Shown: positions 9,712-19,631 of the stretch, piece after piece
How positions within the stretch are numbered: the stretch's first letter is position 1
Layout of the letters: every line of letters starts with the position of its first letter
Source of the DNA: an uncultured bacterium
GTDB lineage: Bacteria; Auribacterota; Erginobacteria; Erginobacterales; Erginobacteraceae
Direction: 5' to 3'
Length of the DNA: 64,000 nucleotides
Assembly: GCA_963822585.1 (NCBI GenBank)
Contig: CAWGIE010000035.1
Coordinates: 234,749 to 298,748 of the forward strand
The notes under the pieces: generated by a model
The model's input: only the letters and a program-made list of their open reading frames with translations
Database searches by the model: none
What the model was told of the DNA's origin: nothing
Program-made: the position numbers and the translations under genes

Positions 9712-10440
9712 ATGAAGATCAACCGGAAGATACGGGGCAAGGCAGTCTTCCTGCTCCTGGCGGTGCTGGTCCCGGCCTGCGGGGAAAAGCCGCCGACCGG
9801 TCCCGCCAGGGATTACCGCCGGGGCCGGGAGCTGATGGTGGCCCAGCTGCGGCAGTACGGGATCAGCGACGAGAAGGTCCTGGCCGCCCTGGGCAAAGTC
9901 CCCCGGCATCTCTTCATCCCGGAGAAGTACCGGGATACCTATGACCCGTACGGAGACTACCCGGGCCCGATCGGATACGGGCAGACGATCTCCCAGCCCT
10001 ATATCGTTGCTTATATGACCGAGCGGCTCGACGTTAAGCCGGGGGAGAAGATCCTGGAGATCGGGACCGGATCCGGCTACCAGGCCGCGATCCTGGCCGA
10101 GCTGGGCGCCGAGGTCTATACGATCGAGATTGTGCCCGAGCTGGCCGCGCACGCGAAAAAGGTGCTGGCCGAACAGGGCTATCCATCGGTGCATGTCCGG
10201 GCCGGCGACGGCTACCAAGGATGGCCCGAGCAGGCTCCTTTCGACGCGATCATTGTCACCTGCGCCCCGGACCAGATCCCCCCGGCCCTGGTCGAGGAGC
10301 TGAAAGAGGGTGGACGGATGATCCTTCCCCTGGGCGAGTGGTCCCAGCGGTTGGTTATCTGCCGCAAAAAAGGAGGGAAGATCGAAGTGGAAGAAGACCT
10401 CCCGGTCCGTTTCGTCCCCATGGTCCACGGGGAGGAGTGA
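9712..10440 (+). CDS. pcm: Protein-L-isoaspartate O-methyltransferase
   Basis: VPRHLF, IGYGQTISQPYIVA, LEIGTGSGYQAA, VRFVPM. Confidence 0.95.
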   Translation: MKINRKIRGKAVFLLLAVLVPACGEKPPTGPARDYRRGRELMVAQLRQYGISDEKVLAALGKVPRHLFIPEKYRDTYDPYGDYPGPIGYGQTISQPYIVAYMTERLDVKPGEKILEIGTGSGYQAAILAELGAEVYTIEIVPELAAHAKKVLAEQGYPSVHVRAGDGYQGWPEQAPFDAIIVTCAPDQIPPALVEELKEGGRMILPLGEWSQRLVICRKKGGKIEVEEDLPVRFVPMVHGEE

Positions 10441-10487
10441 GACACTTGTGACCGACTGGCGTTGTACGGCTAGTAATCAAGTGATCC

Positions 10488-10646
10488 ACCACGAAGGACA
10501 CGAAGAACACGAAGTGGGATGAGGAACCGTCAGCCGAATCGATGGGTTCTCTGCAAGGAGCAGGAGTTTTAGGAATATTTGAATGTAGGTTGGCTTAACG
10601 GTGCAACTTTTATTTATTCTTCGTGACCTTCGTGCTCTTCGTGGTT
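10488..10646. repeat. 9-bp periodic inverted repeat element
   Basis: accacgaaggacacgaagaacacgaag ... cttcgtgaccttcgtgctcttcgtggt. Confidence 0.85.
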
Positions 10647-10698
10647 TATCTTATTGTCATTTTAAAAATATAGGGATTAGCAACAAGGAGGATACGTA

Positions 10699-11076
10699 AT
10701 GGCTTTAACTGTTTCCGTCACCGAGAAAGAACCCGGTGTCTTCGTCGTTTCGCCGGTCGGCTCGATCGACACGGCCACCGCTCCTATCCTGGGCAAGGAA
10801 GTGGCCGCTCTGCTTACCCGCTCCCCACGGCTCATTATCTTCGACATGGCGGGGGTGGACTACATCAGCAGCATGGGGGTGCGCGAGGTGATCAAGACCA
10901 AGAAGGGCCTCGCCGCCCGGGAGGGGAGGTTCGCCATGGTCAATGTCTCTCCCTCCATCCAGAGGGTTTTCGAGATCATCAACGCGCTCCCTCCCCAGGA
11001 GATCTTCGAGAGCATCGTCGAGCTCGACGATTACCTGGCCGCGATGCAGAAGAAAGTCCGCCAGGGTGAAGAGTAG
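10699..11076 (+). CDS. STAS-domain anti-sigma factor antagonist
   Basis: GSIDTATAP, FDMAGVDYISSMG; AAGGAGG RBS. Confidence 0.9.
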   Translation: MALTVSVTEKEPGVFVVSPVGSIDTATAPILGKEVAALLTRSPRLIIFDMAGVDYISSMGVREVIKTKKGLAAREGRFAMVNVSPSIQRVFEIINALPPQEIFESIVELDDYLAAMQKKVRQGEE

Positions 11077-11130
11077 CCAAATCGATCCGTGCCCGCCGCG
11101 GCCGGGATCGAAAGCCGGAGACAAGTTTTC

Positions 11131-11754
11131 ATGCGAGAGAATACACCGGTCAGCATAGAAGTCGTCAGGGACGGCCCGTATGTCGTCCGGAACCTGGACA
11201 GATTGATTGATTCGGGCGGGCGGGAACTCCCGGTCAAACCCGTTCTCTGTCTCTGCCGCTGCGACAAGACCGCCGATCCCCCCTTCTGTGACGGCTCCCA
11301 CGTCAGGATCGCTCCCGGCTGGAGCCGGCCTCCGGCGGAGGATAAAAACCGGACCGTGAGTTACCGGGGCCCGGGGATCATCATCCATGACAACCGGGGG
11401 ATCTGCTCTCACGACGGGGCGTGTTTCAAGAACCTCCCGGACGTCTTCCGGCCCCGGGAATGGAAATGGATCAAGGCCGGGAACGCCCCCCGGGAGAAGA
11501 TAATCGAAACGATCAGGAAATGTCCGTCCGGGGCTTTGAGCTATTCCGTCGAGAAGAAGCGATATACCGATTGGGGAGGGCGTCCGGCGATCGTGATCGA
11601 TCAACGGGGGCCTTTAAATGTACAGGGGCGGATACGACTGACCGGTGAAGATTGCCGCCGTCCGGAGACCGAAGATCATTATTCCCTCTGTACCTGCGGC
11701 GAATCGAAGAACAAGCCCTTCTGCGACGGGACTCATCTGCCCTGGTCGGATTAA
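11131..11754 (+). CDS. CDGSH iron-sulfur protein with divergent 4Fe-4S domain
   Basis: LCRC...PFCDGSH, CSHDGAC...CPSGAL, LCTCG...PFCDGTH. Confidence 0.9.
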   Translation: MRENTPVSIEVVRDGPYVVRNLDRLIDSGGRELPVKPVLCLCRCDKTADPPFCDGSHVRIAPGWSRPPAEDKNRTVSYRGPGIIIHDNRGICSHDGACFKNLPDVFRPREWKWIKAGNAPREKIIETIRKCPSGALSYSVEKKRYTDWGGRPAIVIDQRGPLNVQGRIRLTGEDCRRPETEDHYSLCTCGESKNKPFCDGTHLPWSD

Positions 11755-11765
11755 CCGGGCCGGAC

Positions 11766-12917
11766 CTATTTCTGGAGAAGGGTGGGGGGGAAACCGGCGG
11801 AAACGTCTTTCTTGCTTCTCCGGCCGAGCCAGAAGAAAAAGGCGGCCTGGATGAGAAAGATCAGGAGATAAAGAATCGTAGTCCAAAATCCGGGGCCAGC
11901 TCCTTCTTTCAACTCTTCCTCCTCTCCATCCCCGTTCTCGGGAACCGGTTCCTCCTCCGGGGCCGGAACAAAGGCGGTTTTCAAGCCGGCGGGGGCCTTC
12001 CGTATCTCCTTGGCGGCGGCCGCCTTCACGCCACCGGGCGGGGAGGGGAGGGATGAAAAAGCCTGGGCCAGCATTTCCCGCGCGGCCTTATTACGGTCCT
12101 CCTTCTGTTTCGATCCCATGACGACCGCGATCAGCCGGAGGCCGTCCCGCTCGGAGGTGGCCGCGATCGAATAGCCGCCGGCCCGGAAATAACCGGTCTT
12201 CAGCCCGTCGCACCCCTCGAAACTCTCCGGGGCCGCACCGCTTGCCAGAAGCGGATTGTGACTCCTCATCTCGAAAGAGCCGTCGCGGAAATTCCGGACC
12301 GGGGTGGAAGTGTATTGGAGGATCGCGGGGTGTTTTAAAAGTTCCCGGCTGAGAATGGCGATGTCCCGCGGCGTGCTCAGGTCCGGTTTCTGCCCCCGGC
12401 CCGGGGGGAGGCCGTGAACGGAATGGAATTCGGTGTCTTTCATGCCCAGCTCGCGCGCCTTCTCCTGCATCATCTCCACGAATCCATCTTTGGATCCGGC
12501 TACGTGGACGGCCAGGGCGACGGCGGCGTCATTGGCGGACTGGATGATAAGGGCGTAGAGGAGATCCTCGACGGAGAATATCTCATTCTCTTTCAGGTAG
12601 ACCTGGGAACCGCCCATCCGGGCGGCTTCCGCCGTGCAGACCACCTGGTCGTCAAGTTTCAGAGTCCCCTCCTCGATTTTTTCCTGAATGATGAGGAGCA
12701 TCATCAGCTTGACGATGCTGGCCGGGTAGCAGACGGCTTCGGCGTTTTTATCGATCACCGTCTCGCCGGTATCCGCCCGGACAACGATCGCGCCCCGGTA
12801 GGGCGAGCCGGTCCGGCTCTCTATCCCCGCCCGGGCGGCGTTCCCTCCGGCGGGAAGGGAGAGCGTTCCGACGGCTATCGCCAGGATGAAGGCAATTGTA
12901 AGGTTCTTTCGTGTCAT
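11766..12917 (-). CDS. D-alanyl-D-alanine carboxypeptidase (peptidase S11)
   Basis: PASIVK, SAN and KTG motifs; signal peptide and C-terminal TM. Confidence 0.92.
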   Translation of the reverse strand: MTRKNLTIAFILAIAVGTLSLPAGGNAARAGIESRTGSPYRGAIVVRADTGETVIDKNAEAVCYPASIVKLMMLLIIQEKIEEGTLKLDDQVVCTAEAARMGGSQVYLKENEIFSVEDLLYALIIQSANDAAVALAVHVAGSKDGFVEMMQEKARELGMKDTEFHSVHGLPPGRGQKPDLSTPRDIAILSRELLKHPAILQYTSTPVRNFRDGSFEMRSHNPLLASGAAPESFEGCDGLKTGYFRAGGYSIAATSERDGLRLIAVVMGSKQKEDRNKAAREMLAQAFSSLPSPPGGVKAAAAKEIRKAPAGLKTAFVPAPEEEPVPENGDGEEEELKEGAGPGFWTTILYLLIFLIQAAFFFWLGRRSKKDVSAGFPPTLLQK

Positions 12918-12928
12918 CTTGTTCGCAT

Positions 12929-13420
12929 TTATTTTGATTGCTTCATTTTTTCGCTGAGAAACAACCTATCCAACTTATCCTTCTCTCTATCGGCCTGTTT
13001 CATCTTCCATAACAGTTCAATACTGGCAAACGGAATAAGAACTCCCTTTATCTCTACCTTTACTATTGAATCTTTTGCTTCATTATAAGTTATCCCACAA
13101 GCTGATTTCATCAGATCTATGATTATCTCATCGGCTACTCTTACCACGGAATATTCCTCGATATCTCTTTCTCTCAATTCCTCTATCGCTTTATCCGGCA
13201 GGAATAATAATGATTCTTTTAATTTATTCACATTTTCAATAGAAGCATCAACCAATAAATCTATATCTTCCGTAGCACGGACATAACCATGCTGAATTAT
13301 GGCCATCCCCCCCACTACAATATATTTAACGCCCTCTTCATTGAGATTTCTGCATAACTCCAGCAGATCGGCTAAAATCGGCGGCCGTGATTCTAACGGC
13401 TCATTATCTTTCTGGACCAT
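12929..13420 (-). CDS. Small nucleotidyltransferase-fold protein (DUF6036-like)
   Basis: YIVVGGMAIIQHGYVRATEDIDLL, MK...REKDKLD; AT-rich. Confidence 0.8.
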   Translation of the reverse strand: MVQKDNEPLESRPPILADLLELCRNLNEEGVKYIVVGGMAIIQHGYVRATEDIDLLVDASIENVNKLKESLLFLPDKAIEELRERDIEEYSVVRVADEIIIDLMKSACGITYNEAKDSIVKVEIKGVLIPFASIELLWKMKQADREKDKLDRLFLSEKMKQSK

Positions 13421-13575
13421 TCTTCTTTCTCCTCAAAAGTCTTGAATTTGAATAATCCTCTCGGATGAAACGGCTTGTCCCCCCGTAAACCGATCACCAG
13501 TTTAAATAAATTATTACTTTTTTCGAGGCCGCCAGTATTTATCTTCCGGGTTCCGATTGTCTTTTGCGTTCTCAT
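13393..13575 (-). CDS. Small basic hypothetical protein, partner of the nucleotidyltransferase
   Basis: 60 aa, PRGLFKFKTFEEKEEW motif, overlaps the downstream gene. Confidence 0.6.
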   Translation of the reverse strand: MRTQKTIGTRKINTGGLEKSNNLFKLVIGLRGDKPFHPRGLFKFKTFEEKEEWSRKIMSR

Positions 13576-13581
13576 CTATAA

Positions 13582-13995
13582 TTATTTAACCAGACTGGAG
13601 AGAAGTTCAATAGGGTCGAGTGCTTTAATGGCTGCTTGCCGGAAATCCCCGGTATTGCGGGTGACGATAGCATCGGCTCCAACCAGCCCTCCCGCATGAG
13701 CCAGGACTGCGTCCTCGAAGTTGGCTATTTTGCTCTGCAGAGCTTCTTCAATCACCGCTCGATTTACCGCGGCGATTTCGAAAAGTTCAAGCAACCGGTG
13801 CAACGCCCCACGAGCTTCTGCCCGCGAAAAGGATTGGCTCAGGAGGTAATCAACAGTGGTGATCGTTGTGGCGCACAAAAATGCATCAATCTCAGATTGT
13901 TCGACCAGGCTGAAGACGCCGGCCGCGGCCGTGACGAACGGTTTCCGGGCCAGGAAGACGTCCAAGACGACAGTGGTGTCGACAATTATCTTCAG
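13582..13995 (-). CDS. PIN-domain (VapC-like) toxin; apparent CTG start
   Basis: Frame extends to (L)KIIVDTTVVLDVFL; NFEDAV, IVTRNTGDF. Confidence 0.85.
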   Translation of the reverse strand: MKIIVDTTVVLDVFLARKPFVTAAAGVFSLVEQSEIDAFLCATTITTVDYLLSQSFSRAEARGALHRLLELFEIAAVNRAVIEEALQSKIANFEDAVLAHAGGLVGADAIVTRNTGDFRQAAIKALDPIELLSSLVK

Positions 13996-14231
13996 AGATA
14001 TCTCTCCCGGAGGTACTTCTTATAGTCGGATTCAGATATGCGGCGACCTTTCAGCAGGCCGACCAGCGAGGCCGTGACCGGAGGCAGCTTTTGTTCGATC
14101 GTTCCTGCTTTCCCCAAGGAGTCAATAAATTCCCCCACCATCTGAGAGACTGATTTACCGCGACGTTTTGCTTCGGATTTGGCTCGAAGTACCAAATCTT
14201 CATCCATGCGCAAGGTCAGCTTTGTATTCAT
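13992..14231 (-). CDS. Ribbon-helix-helix antitoxin (DUF6364-like)
   Basis: MNTKLTLRMDEDLV..AK....GKSVSQMV; 4-bp overlap with the PIN gene. Confidence 0.85.
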   Translation of the reverse strand: MNTKLTLRMDEDLVLRAKSEAKRRGKSVSQMVGEFIDSLGKAGTIEQKLPPVTASLVGLLKGRRISESDYKKYLRERYL

Positions 14232-14543
14232 GGCGTACAACATATCTCGGAGTATACGTCTTGTCAATCTGCTTTTTAGGGATTTTTACACCCGGATTAT
14301 GCAGGGGATTCATGATGTCGGTCTGCCGGAGGGCCCGCGTCAATCAATCGGTTTAAGAAAGACATCGGTCGCTAGTGCCGCGCCGAAATAGCAGACCCCG
14401 GCCGACCATGCGAACATATACAGCCGAATTTAAGAATAGAAAAATGTGCCTCGACACCGTTCTCCCGGCCCGGCCAATATGCCGGATATCGGCTGGATCA
14501 AACCGCGGGATCGTGGTATGGTAGGGCGTGATTGCGATAGAAC

Positions 14544-14891
14544 ATGAATAGGCGCGCACATTCCGAGAAGAGGAGAAAACCACTCCGCCCCGCACGGAGT
14601 TATTCGCTCGCCCGGCACCATGCCTGGGGAGGGCTGGCCCTCCTCTCGGTCCTGTGGGCCCTCCGGCTGCTCTTCCCCGGAATCCCGGACGCGATCTGGG
14701 CCCCGATCGCGGCCTGCCTGGTGATCTATATCCTGATCTGGCTCTTCTTGACCTATCGGTCCCGGGGCAGCCTGAGAGAGAAGGAGACGATTCCCCCACC
14801 CAACGGAGGACCTTCCACCGGGAGCGGGTATAAACTCGAGAAAAAGAGGCTGAAAGCCGCGGCCAAGGCGGATAAGAAGAGGGATCAATAG
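14544..14891 (+). CDS. Small membrane protein
   Basis: Two hydrophobic helices and a basic C-terminal tail. Confidence 0.55.
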   Translation: MNRRAHSEKRRKPLRPARSYSLARHHAWGGLALLSVLWALRLLFPGIPDAIWAPIAACLVIYILIWLFLTYRSRGSLREKETIPPPNGGPSTGSGYKLEKKRLKAAAKADKKRDQ

Positions 14892-14983
14892 ATGAACCGC
14901 AGAGGCGTGAAGTGTTAAATTACTATTTGGGGATTTCACTATACATTAATAGATTCGAATAGACTAATTTCTAATTACGATAA

Positions 14984-17035
14984 GTGGTTAAGGTAAAAAG
15001 TCCCGTGTCTAAGCTGCTTAAATGGATTCCGGTGCTGGTCTTTGCCGCCGCGTTCACGACCTATCTTCTTACCCTGACGCCGACGGTGGATTTTATCGAC
15101 AGCGGTGAGCTGGCGGCGGTCGCCTCCACCCTGGGGATCGCCCACCCGACCGGCTATCCTCTCTTCACGCTGATCGGCCACCTTTTTTCCCGTCTTCCCG
15201 TCGCCCCCACCGTCATCGCCCGGTTGAATATCATGAGCGCTCTCTTCGCCGCGCTGGGCGCCGGCGCCTTTACCCTGCTCATCAGGACCGTTCTCCGGGT
15301 GACGGCGGAGATTCGGGAGAAGGCCGGCCGGCCGCTTGTCGGGCGAAGGAAAGGGAAGAGGGCCGAAAGGGAGGGGAAAGGCCGCGGCCTCCGGTCGCCG
15401 GATACGCCGTTTCGCCCGGAGCTGGAATGGCTGGCAGGGGGTACCGCCGGCCTCCTGCTCTGCTGGGCCTCCGTCTTCTGGGAAACCGGGACGACGTTTG
15501 AGGTCTATTCCCTCCACGCGCTCTTCGGCATCCTGCTCATTTACCTGGCGGTCCGATACGCCGCCGAAGAAAAGCCGCCCCGGGAGACGCGGCTGGGCCT
15601 GCTCTTTTTCTTCGTCCTCGGGCTGAGCCTGGCCAATCACCTCACCACCGGCCTGTTTTTCCCCGCCTTCATCCTGCTGCTGGGGGCGAAATATATATCC
15701 CGCAAAACCTCGCCGGTTCGGATCGTCCTGCTGATGCTGCCGGCCCTGATCGGCTTCCTGTTCTATCTCTATCTCCCGATCCGGGCCGCCGGCCACCCGC
15801 GCGTCATGTGGGGGGAGCCGTCGACTCTCTCGGCCTTGTGGGACAACTTCACGGTCGCCGACTTCAGGTCGCGTCTCTTCTCTCACCAGTCGGAAGGCGA
15901 GACACTCCTTGATTTTTTTATCCGTTTTCCCGCCCGGACGGGATTTCTGGCCGTTCCGCTGATTCTCTGGGGGATGAGGGTTCTCTATCGCCGGTCGAAA
16001 AAGTATTTCCTTTTTGTCCTGGCCATCTTTATTCCCTCCGTTCTTTATGCCGCGACCTACAACGTGGGGGACAACATCTTTTATTTCACCCCCGCTTATA
16101 TTTCTCTCCTGATCTACGCCGGGGCGGGAGCCTACGGTTTTTACCGGGCGATCTGCCGCTCCCCCCGGGCCCGGAGGCTGATACCGGTCCTGATGATGAT
16201 TCTGGCGCTCCCGGCGCTGTTTTTGAATTACCGGAAGGTCGATCAGAGCAATAATTATTTCGTGGAGGATTTTGTTCACAACATGTTCAGCGCCATCGAG
16301 CCCAACGCTATTCTCTTCGCGCTCGATTGCCAGATCCTGATTCATCCGCTCTATTATTACCAGAACGTCGAAGGCTTTCGTGACGATGTCCTGGTGCTCC
16401 CCAACCATGCTCTCCAGAAGGGATGGTTTGCCAACCGGCTGCGGGATCATTACCCGCGGGTATACCAAAGATCGGCCGGAGCGATCGAAGACTATCGGAT
16501 GTATCTGGAACGCTTTAATAAAGGGGAGGTGCGCGACGCCCGCGAACTCGACCGGAGGTATTATCGGATGCTCGACAGCATTATCGAACAGAACTATGAC
16601 CGCCGGCCGATTTATATCACCTCGGAATTCAACCCCGATCAGAATCCCGCTTTTCATCCCGGCTATTATCGTATCCCCGAGGGACTCTGTTGGCGGCTCT
16701 ATCGCAAAGGAGATCCGGTCCGGGAATTCCCCTACCGGGAGTTTGCCTATCGGGAATTGGGGTATCCCCATAAAGACGCCGACGCCATCCGCCACGCGTA
16801 TATGTATATGTTGAACGAACGGGCCAAGTACGAAGCATTTCGCGGAAATTTTCAAACGGCACTGCGCTGGAACGATCAGGCGCTCCGGGTTTATCCCGGC
16901 AAGGAGATGCTCTCCGATCGCTATAACGGGACCTGGGTGGTCCCGAACCGGTTCCGGGAGGTGACCAGGACTCGTGAAGAGATCTTGAAGAAGGCGAAGG
17001 AACAAGGGAAAGTAATCAGTCCCGCAAAACTCTGA
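14984..17035 (+). CDS. DUF2723 (TMEM260-like) membrane glycosyltransferase
   Basis: TPTVDFIDSGEL...LGIAHPTGYPLF, EVYSLH, NHLT; multi-TM. Confidence 0.85.
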   Translation: MVKVKSPVSKLLKWIPVLVFAAAFTTYLLTLTPTVDFIDSGELAAVASTLGIAHPTGYPLFTLIGHLFSRLPVAPTVIARLNIMSALFAALGAGAFTLLIRTVLRVTAEIREKAGRPLVGRRKGKRAEREGKGRGLRSPDTPFRPELEWLAGGTAGLLLCWASVFWETGTTFEVYSLHALFGILLIYLAVRYAAEEKPPRETRLGLLFFFVLGLSLANHLTTGLFFPAFILLLGAKYISRKTSPVRIVLLMLPALIGFLFYLYLPIRAAGHPRVMWGEPSTLSALWDNFTVADFRSRLFSHQSEGETLLDFFIRFPARTGFLAVPLILWGMRVLYRRSKKYFLFVLAIFIPSVLYAATYNVGDNIFYFTPAYISLLIYAGAGAYGFYRAICRSPRARRLIPVLMMILALPALFLNYRKVDQSNNYFVEDFVHNMFSAIEPNAILFALDCQILIHPLYYYQNVEGFRDDVLVLPNHALQKGWFANRLRDHYPRVYQRSAGAIEDYRMYLERFNKGEVRDARELDRRYYRMLDSIIEQNYDRRPIYITSEFNPDQNPAFHPGYYRIPEGLCWRLYRKGDPVREFPYREFAYRELGYPHKDADAIRHAYMYMLNERAKYEAFRGNFQTALRWNDQALRVYPGKEMLSDRYNGTWVVPNRFREVTRTREEILKKAKEQGKVISPAKL

Positions 17036-17196
17036 CTTCGTCAGAGTCGCGGGATCTTCGCTTCGCTCCGATAATCGGTGATCAGTAATCAGTTTGGCCA
17101 CGGCCGGCAGGCACTGATCACCGATCACCGATTACTGATTACTGATTACTGATTACCGATTACCGATTACCGATTACCGATTACCGATCACCGATT
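17012..17196. repeat. 7-bp tandem array (GATTACC/GATTACT/GATCACC) with inverted arm and nested TCCCG-hairpin-CGGGATCT insert
   Basis: About 13 tandem heptamers at 17114-17196; inverted units at 17072-17093. Confidence 0.9.
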
Positions 17197-17235
17197 GTTG
17201 TCGCAATCATAATCCATAGGGAGGAAAAATACCTC

Positions 17236-18639
17236 ATGGCTACCGTAACTTTTTTGGGCGCATCCGGGGGCGTGACCGGGTCCCGCTTCCTGGTCCGGAG
17301 CGAGAAAAGCAGTGTGCTGGTCGATTGCGGACTGTTCCAGGAACGGGAATTCCGTTCCCGGAACTGGGATGCCTTTCCGGTGCCGCCGCGGGAGATAGAG
17401 GCCGTGGTCCTGACCCATGCCCATATCGATCATTGCGGCTATCTTCCGAAACTGGTTCGGGAAGGATTCGGGGGCCCCGTATTCTGTACACCGCCGACCG
17501 CGGAAGTGGCGCGGGTGACCCTCCTCGATTCGGCCAAGCTGCAGGAAGAAGACGCCGCCTATAAGAAACGCCGGCACGAAAAAGAAAAGAGGGAAAGCCC
17601 CTATCCCCCGGTCCCTCTCTATACGGTGAAAGACGCCGAAGCGGTCATGCCTCTTCTCCGGACCGCCCCCTATGAAGAGCCGGTCGAGGTCGCCCCGGGG
17701 GTATCGGTTTTGTTCCGGGACGCCGGCCATATCATCGGCTCCTCCATCGTGGAACTCCGGTTGCGGGATGGAGGCAGCCAGAAAAGACTGGTCTTTTCCG
17801 GAGATCTCGGCCGGAAGCACAACCCACTCCTGCATGACCCCGCAGTCGTGGAAGGAGCGGACTATCTTTTCCTGGAATCCACCTATGGAGATCGTAACCA
17901 TGAGAGCCGATCCGAAGCGATCGGTACCCTGCAGAGAGTCATCGTGGAGACCGCCGGCCGGGGCGGGAAGGTGATTATCCCCACCTTTGCCGTCGAGCGC
18001 GCCCAGGAGCTGCTTTATTTTATCAAGCGCCTGACGGCGGAGGGGAAAATTCCTTCCCTGGCCGTGTTCGTTGACAGCCCGATGGCGATCGACATCACCA
18101 AGATTTACCGGGCTTTCCCCGAGTATCTCGATCGGGAGGACCTTTCCGGCATCCGGCCCGGCGAGTCGCCTTTCTCCTTTCCGGGGCTGAAGATGACCCG
18201 GTCAACCGAAGACTCGAAGGCCATCAACCGTCACCCGGGGAGCGCCATTATCATGGCCGGGTCGGGAATGTGCACCGGGGGAAGGATCAAGCATCACCTG
18301 GTCCAGAACATCTCCCGGCCGGAGAGCGCCATTCTTTTTGTCGGTTATCAGGCCCGGGGGACGCTGGGGCGGATCATCCTGGATCGTCCTTCGGAGGTGC
18401 GTATCCTGGGAGATCAGCATCCGGTCCGGGCCCGGATCGAACAGATTAACGGGTTCTCCGCCCACGCCGATAAGGACGAACTGCTGGAGTGGCTTTCAGG
18501 GTTTACGACCCCGCCGCGGAAGCTCTTTGTTATCCACGGAGAAGAACAATCTTCTCAAGCCCTGGCCGCGGCCGTCCGGGAGAGGTTCGGATGGGAGACG
18601 GTGGTGCCGGAGTACCTGGAGACGTATTCTTTAAGATAG
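17236..18639 (+). CDS. MBL-fold beta-CASP hydrolase with RNA-specificity domain
   Basis: THAHIDH, SGDLG, ESTYG, GFSAHAD, IHGE. Confidence 0.92.
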   Translation: MATVTFLGASGGVTGSRFLVRSEKSSVLVDCGLFQEREFRSRNWDAFPVPPREIEAVVLTHAHIDHCGYLPKLVREGFGGPVFCTPPTAEVARVTLLDSAKLQEEDAAYKKRRHEKEKRESPYPPVPLYTVKDAEAVMPLLRTAPYEEPVEVAPGVSVLFRDAGHIIGSSIVELRLRDGGSQKRLVFSGDLGRKHNPLLHDPAVVEGADYLFLESTYGDRNHESRSEAIGTLQRVIVETAGRGGKVIIPTFAVERAQELLYFIKRLTAEGKIPSLAVFVDSPMAIDITKIYRAFPEYLDREDLSGIRPGESPFSFPGLKMTRSTEDSKAINRHPGSAIIMAGSGMCTGGRIKHHLVQNISRPESAILFVGYQARGTLGRIILDRPSEVRILGDQHPVRARIEQINGFSAHADKDELLEWLSGFTTPPRKLFVIHGEEQSSQALAAAVRERFGWETVVPEYLETYSLR

Positions 18640-18883
18640 ACCTTATTCGAAAAGGTTTTCGTAGCTCGCAAATCCTAAATCCTAAATATCGAAATCCTAA
18701 ATAATATCCAAAATCCAAATGACTAAAATATCTCAAACAATCGCCGGCTTCAGACCGCGATATTTTGGAGTATTTGTTTTGATCATTTGATATTATTTAG
18801 AATTGATTTAGGATTTCCGCCAGAGGCGGATTAGCATTTGCTAGGATATTCCTGTTCGAGATTACAGCTTTTCGAATAGGCTC
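18639..18883. repeat. MITE-like palindrome with outer IR (TATTCGAAAAG), 7-bp AAATCCT core and nested CCGCCAGAGGCGG insert
   Basis: Homologous to 3082-3266. Confidence 0.8.
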
Positions 18884-18931
18884 ATGTTATGAAACATTTA
18901 ATATCTCTTCCAGTCCCGCGGTCTTGAATAT

Positions 18932-19584
18932 ATGGAAATAGTACTGGCAACCCGTTCTCCCCGGAGGAAGGCCCTCCTTGCTTTCGCGGGGGTGCCGTTC
19001 ATCCCTTTCTCCGCCACCGTCACCGAGGTCGTTTATCCGCGCTTGCCCGCAAAGACCGCCCGCCGCAACGCGGAAGCGAAAGCCGCCCGGGGCGCCCGCG
19101 CGCAACCCGGCGCAATCGTACTCGCCGCCGATACCGTCGTTTGCCTGGATACAATCTTCGGCAAGCCGGAGACCCGCTCCGCTGCCCGGGAAATGCTGAG
19201 AACGCTTTCCGGCCGGACGCACGCGGTCCACACCGCGGTGGCGTTGATCTGTCCCGGGGCGCGCCGCCAAAAATCCGGGTCGCCGTTTCCCGGGTGACGA
19301 TGCGAAACCTGGATGAGAAAACCATCTCCCGGTATCTCGGCCTGGTCAACCCGCTTGATAAAGCGGGAGGGTATGCCGTCCAGGAACACGGCGAGATTCT
19401 GATCGAGAAGATCGAGGGCTCACTGACCAATGTGATCGGCTTGCCGTTGGAACTCCTGGCGGAACTCTTTGCCCGCTTCCCGGGAACCCGGCGCTACGCC
19501 GCCCGTTTAAAAGCGGCGGCGGAAACATGCCGCTTTAACGTGAGTGCCTATGCCCGCCCGCCGGGTCAACCATCTTTTTGGTGA
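18932..19584 (+). CDS. maf: Maf-family nucleoside triphosphate pyrophosphatase (frameshift near 19265)
   Basis: IVLATRSPRR, AADTVV, GKP, LSGRTH in one frame; DKAGGY, GSLTNVIGLP in the next. Confidence 0.88.
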
Positions 19585-19631
19585 TGTCAACCCCCCGGGT
19601 CAGCTTGTAGGACGTGAGGGACAAGAAGTAT

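Noticed and set aside
14975..17128. 717-aa antisense ORF and similar long shadows (5119-6417, 19680-21053, 37920-39140, 45983-47290, 56669-58249)
   Set aside because: They mirror well-supported genes on the other strand, as expected from GC-rich codon bias, and have no recognisable motifs.
17100..17196. Tandem repeats as a CRISPR array
   Set aside because: 7-bp units without unique spacers; no cas genes in the window.
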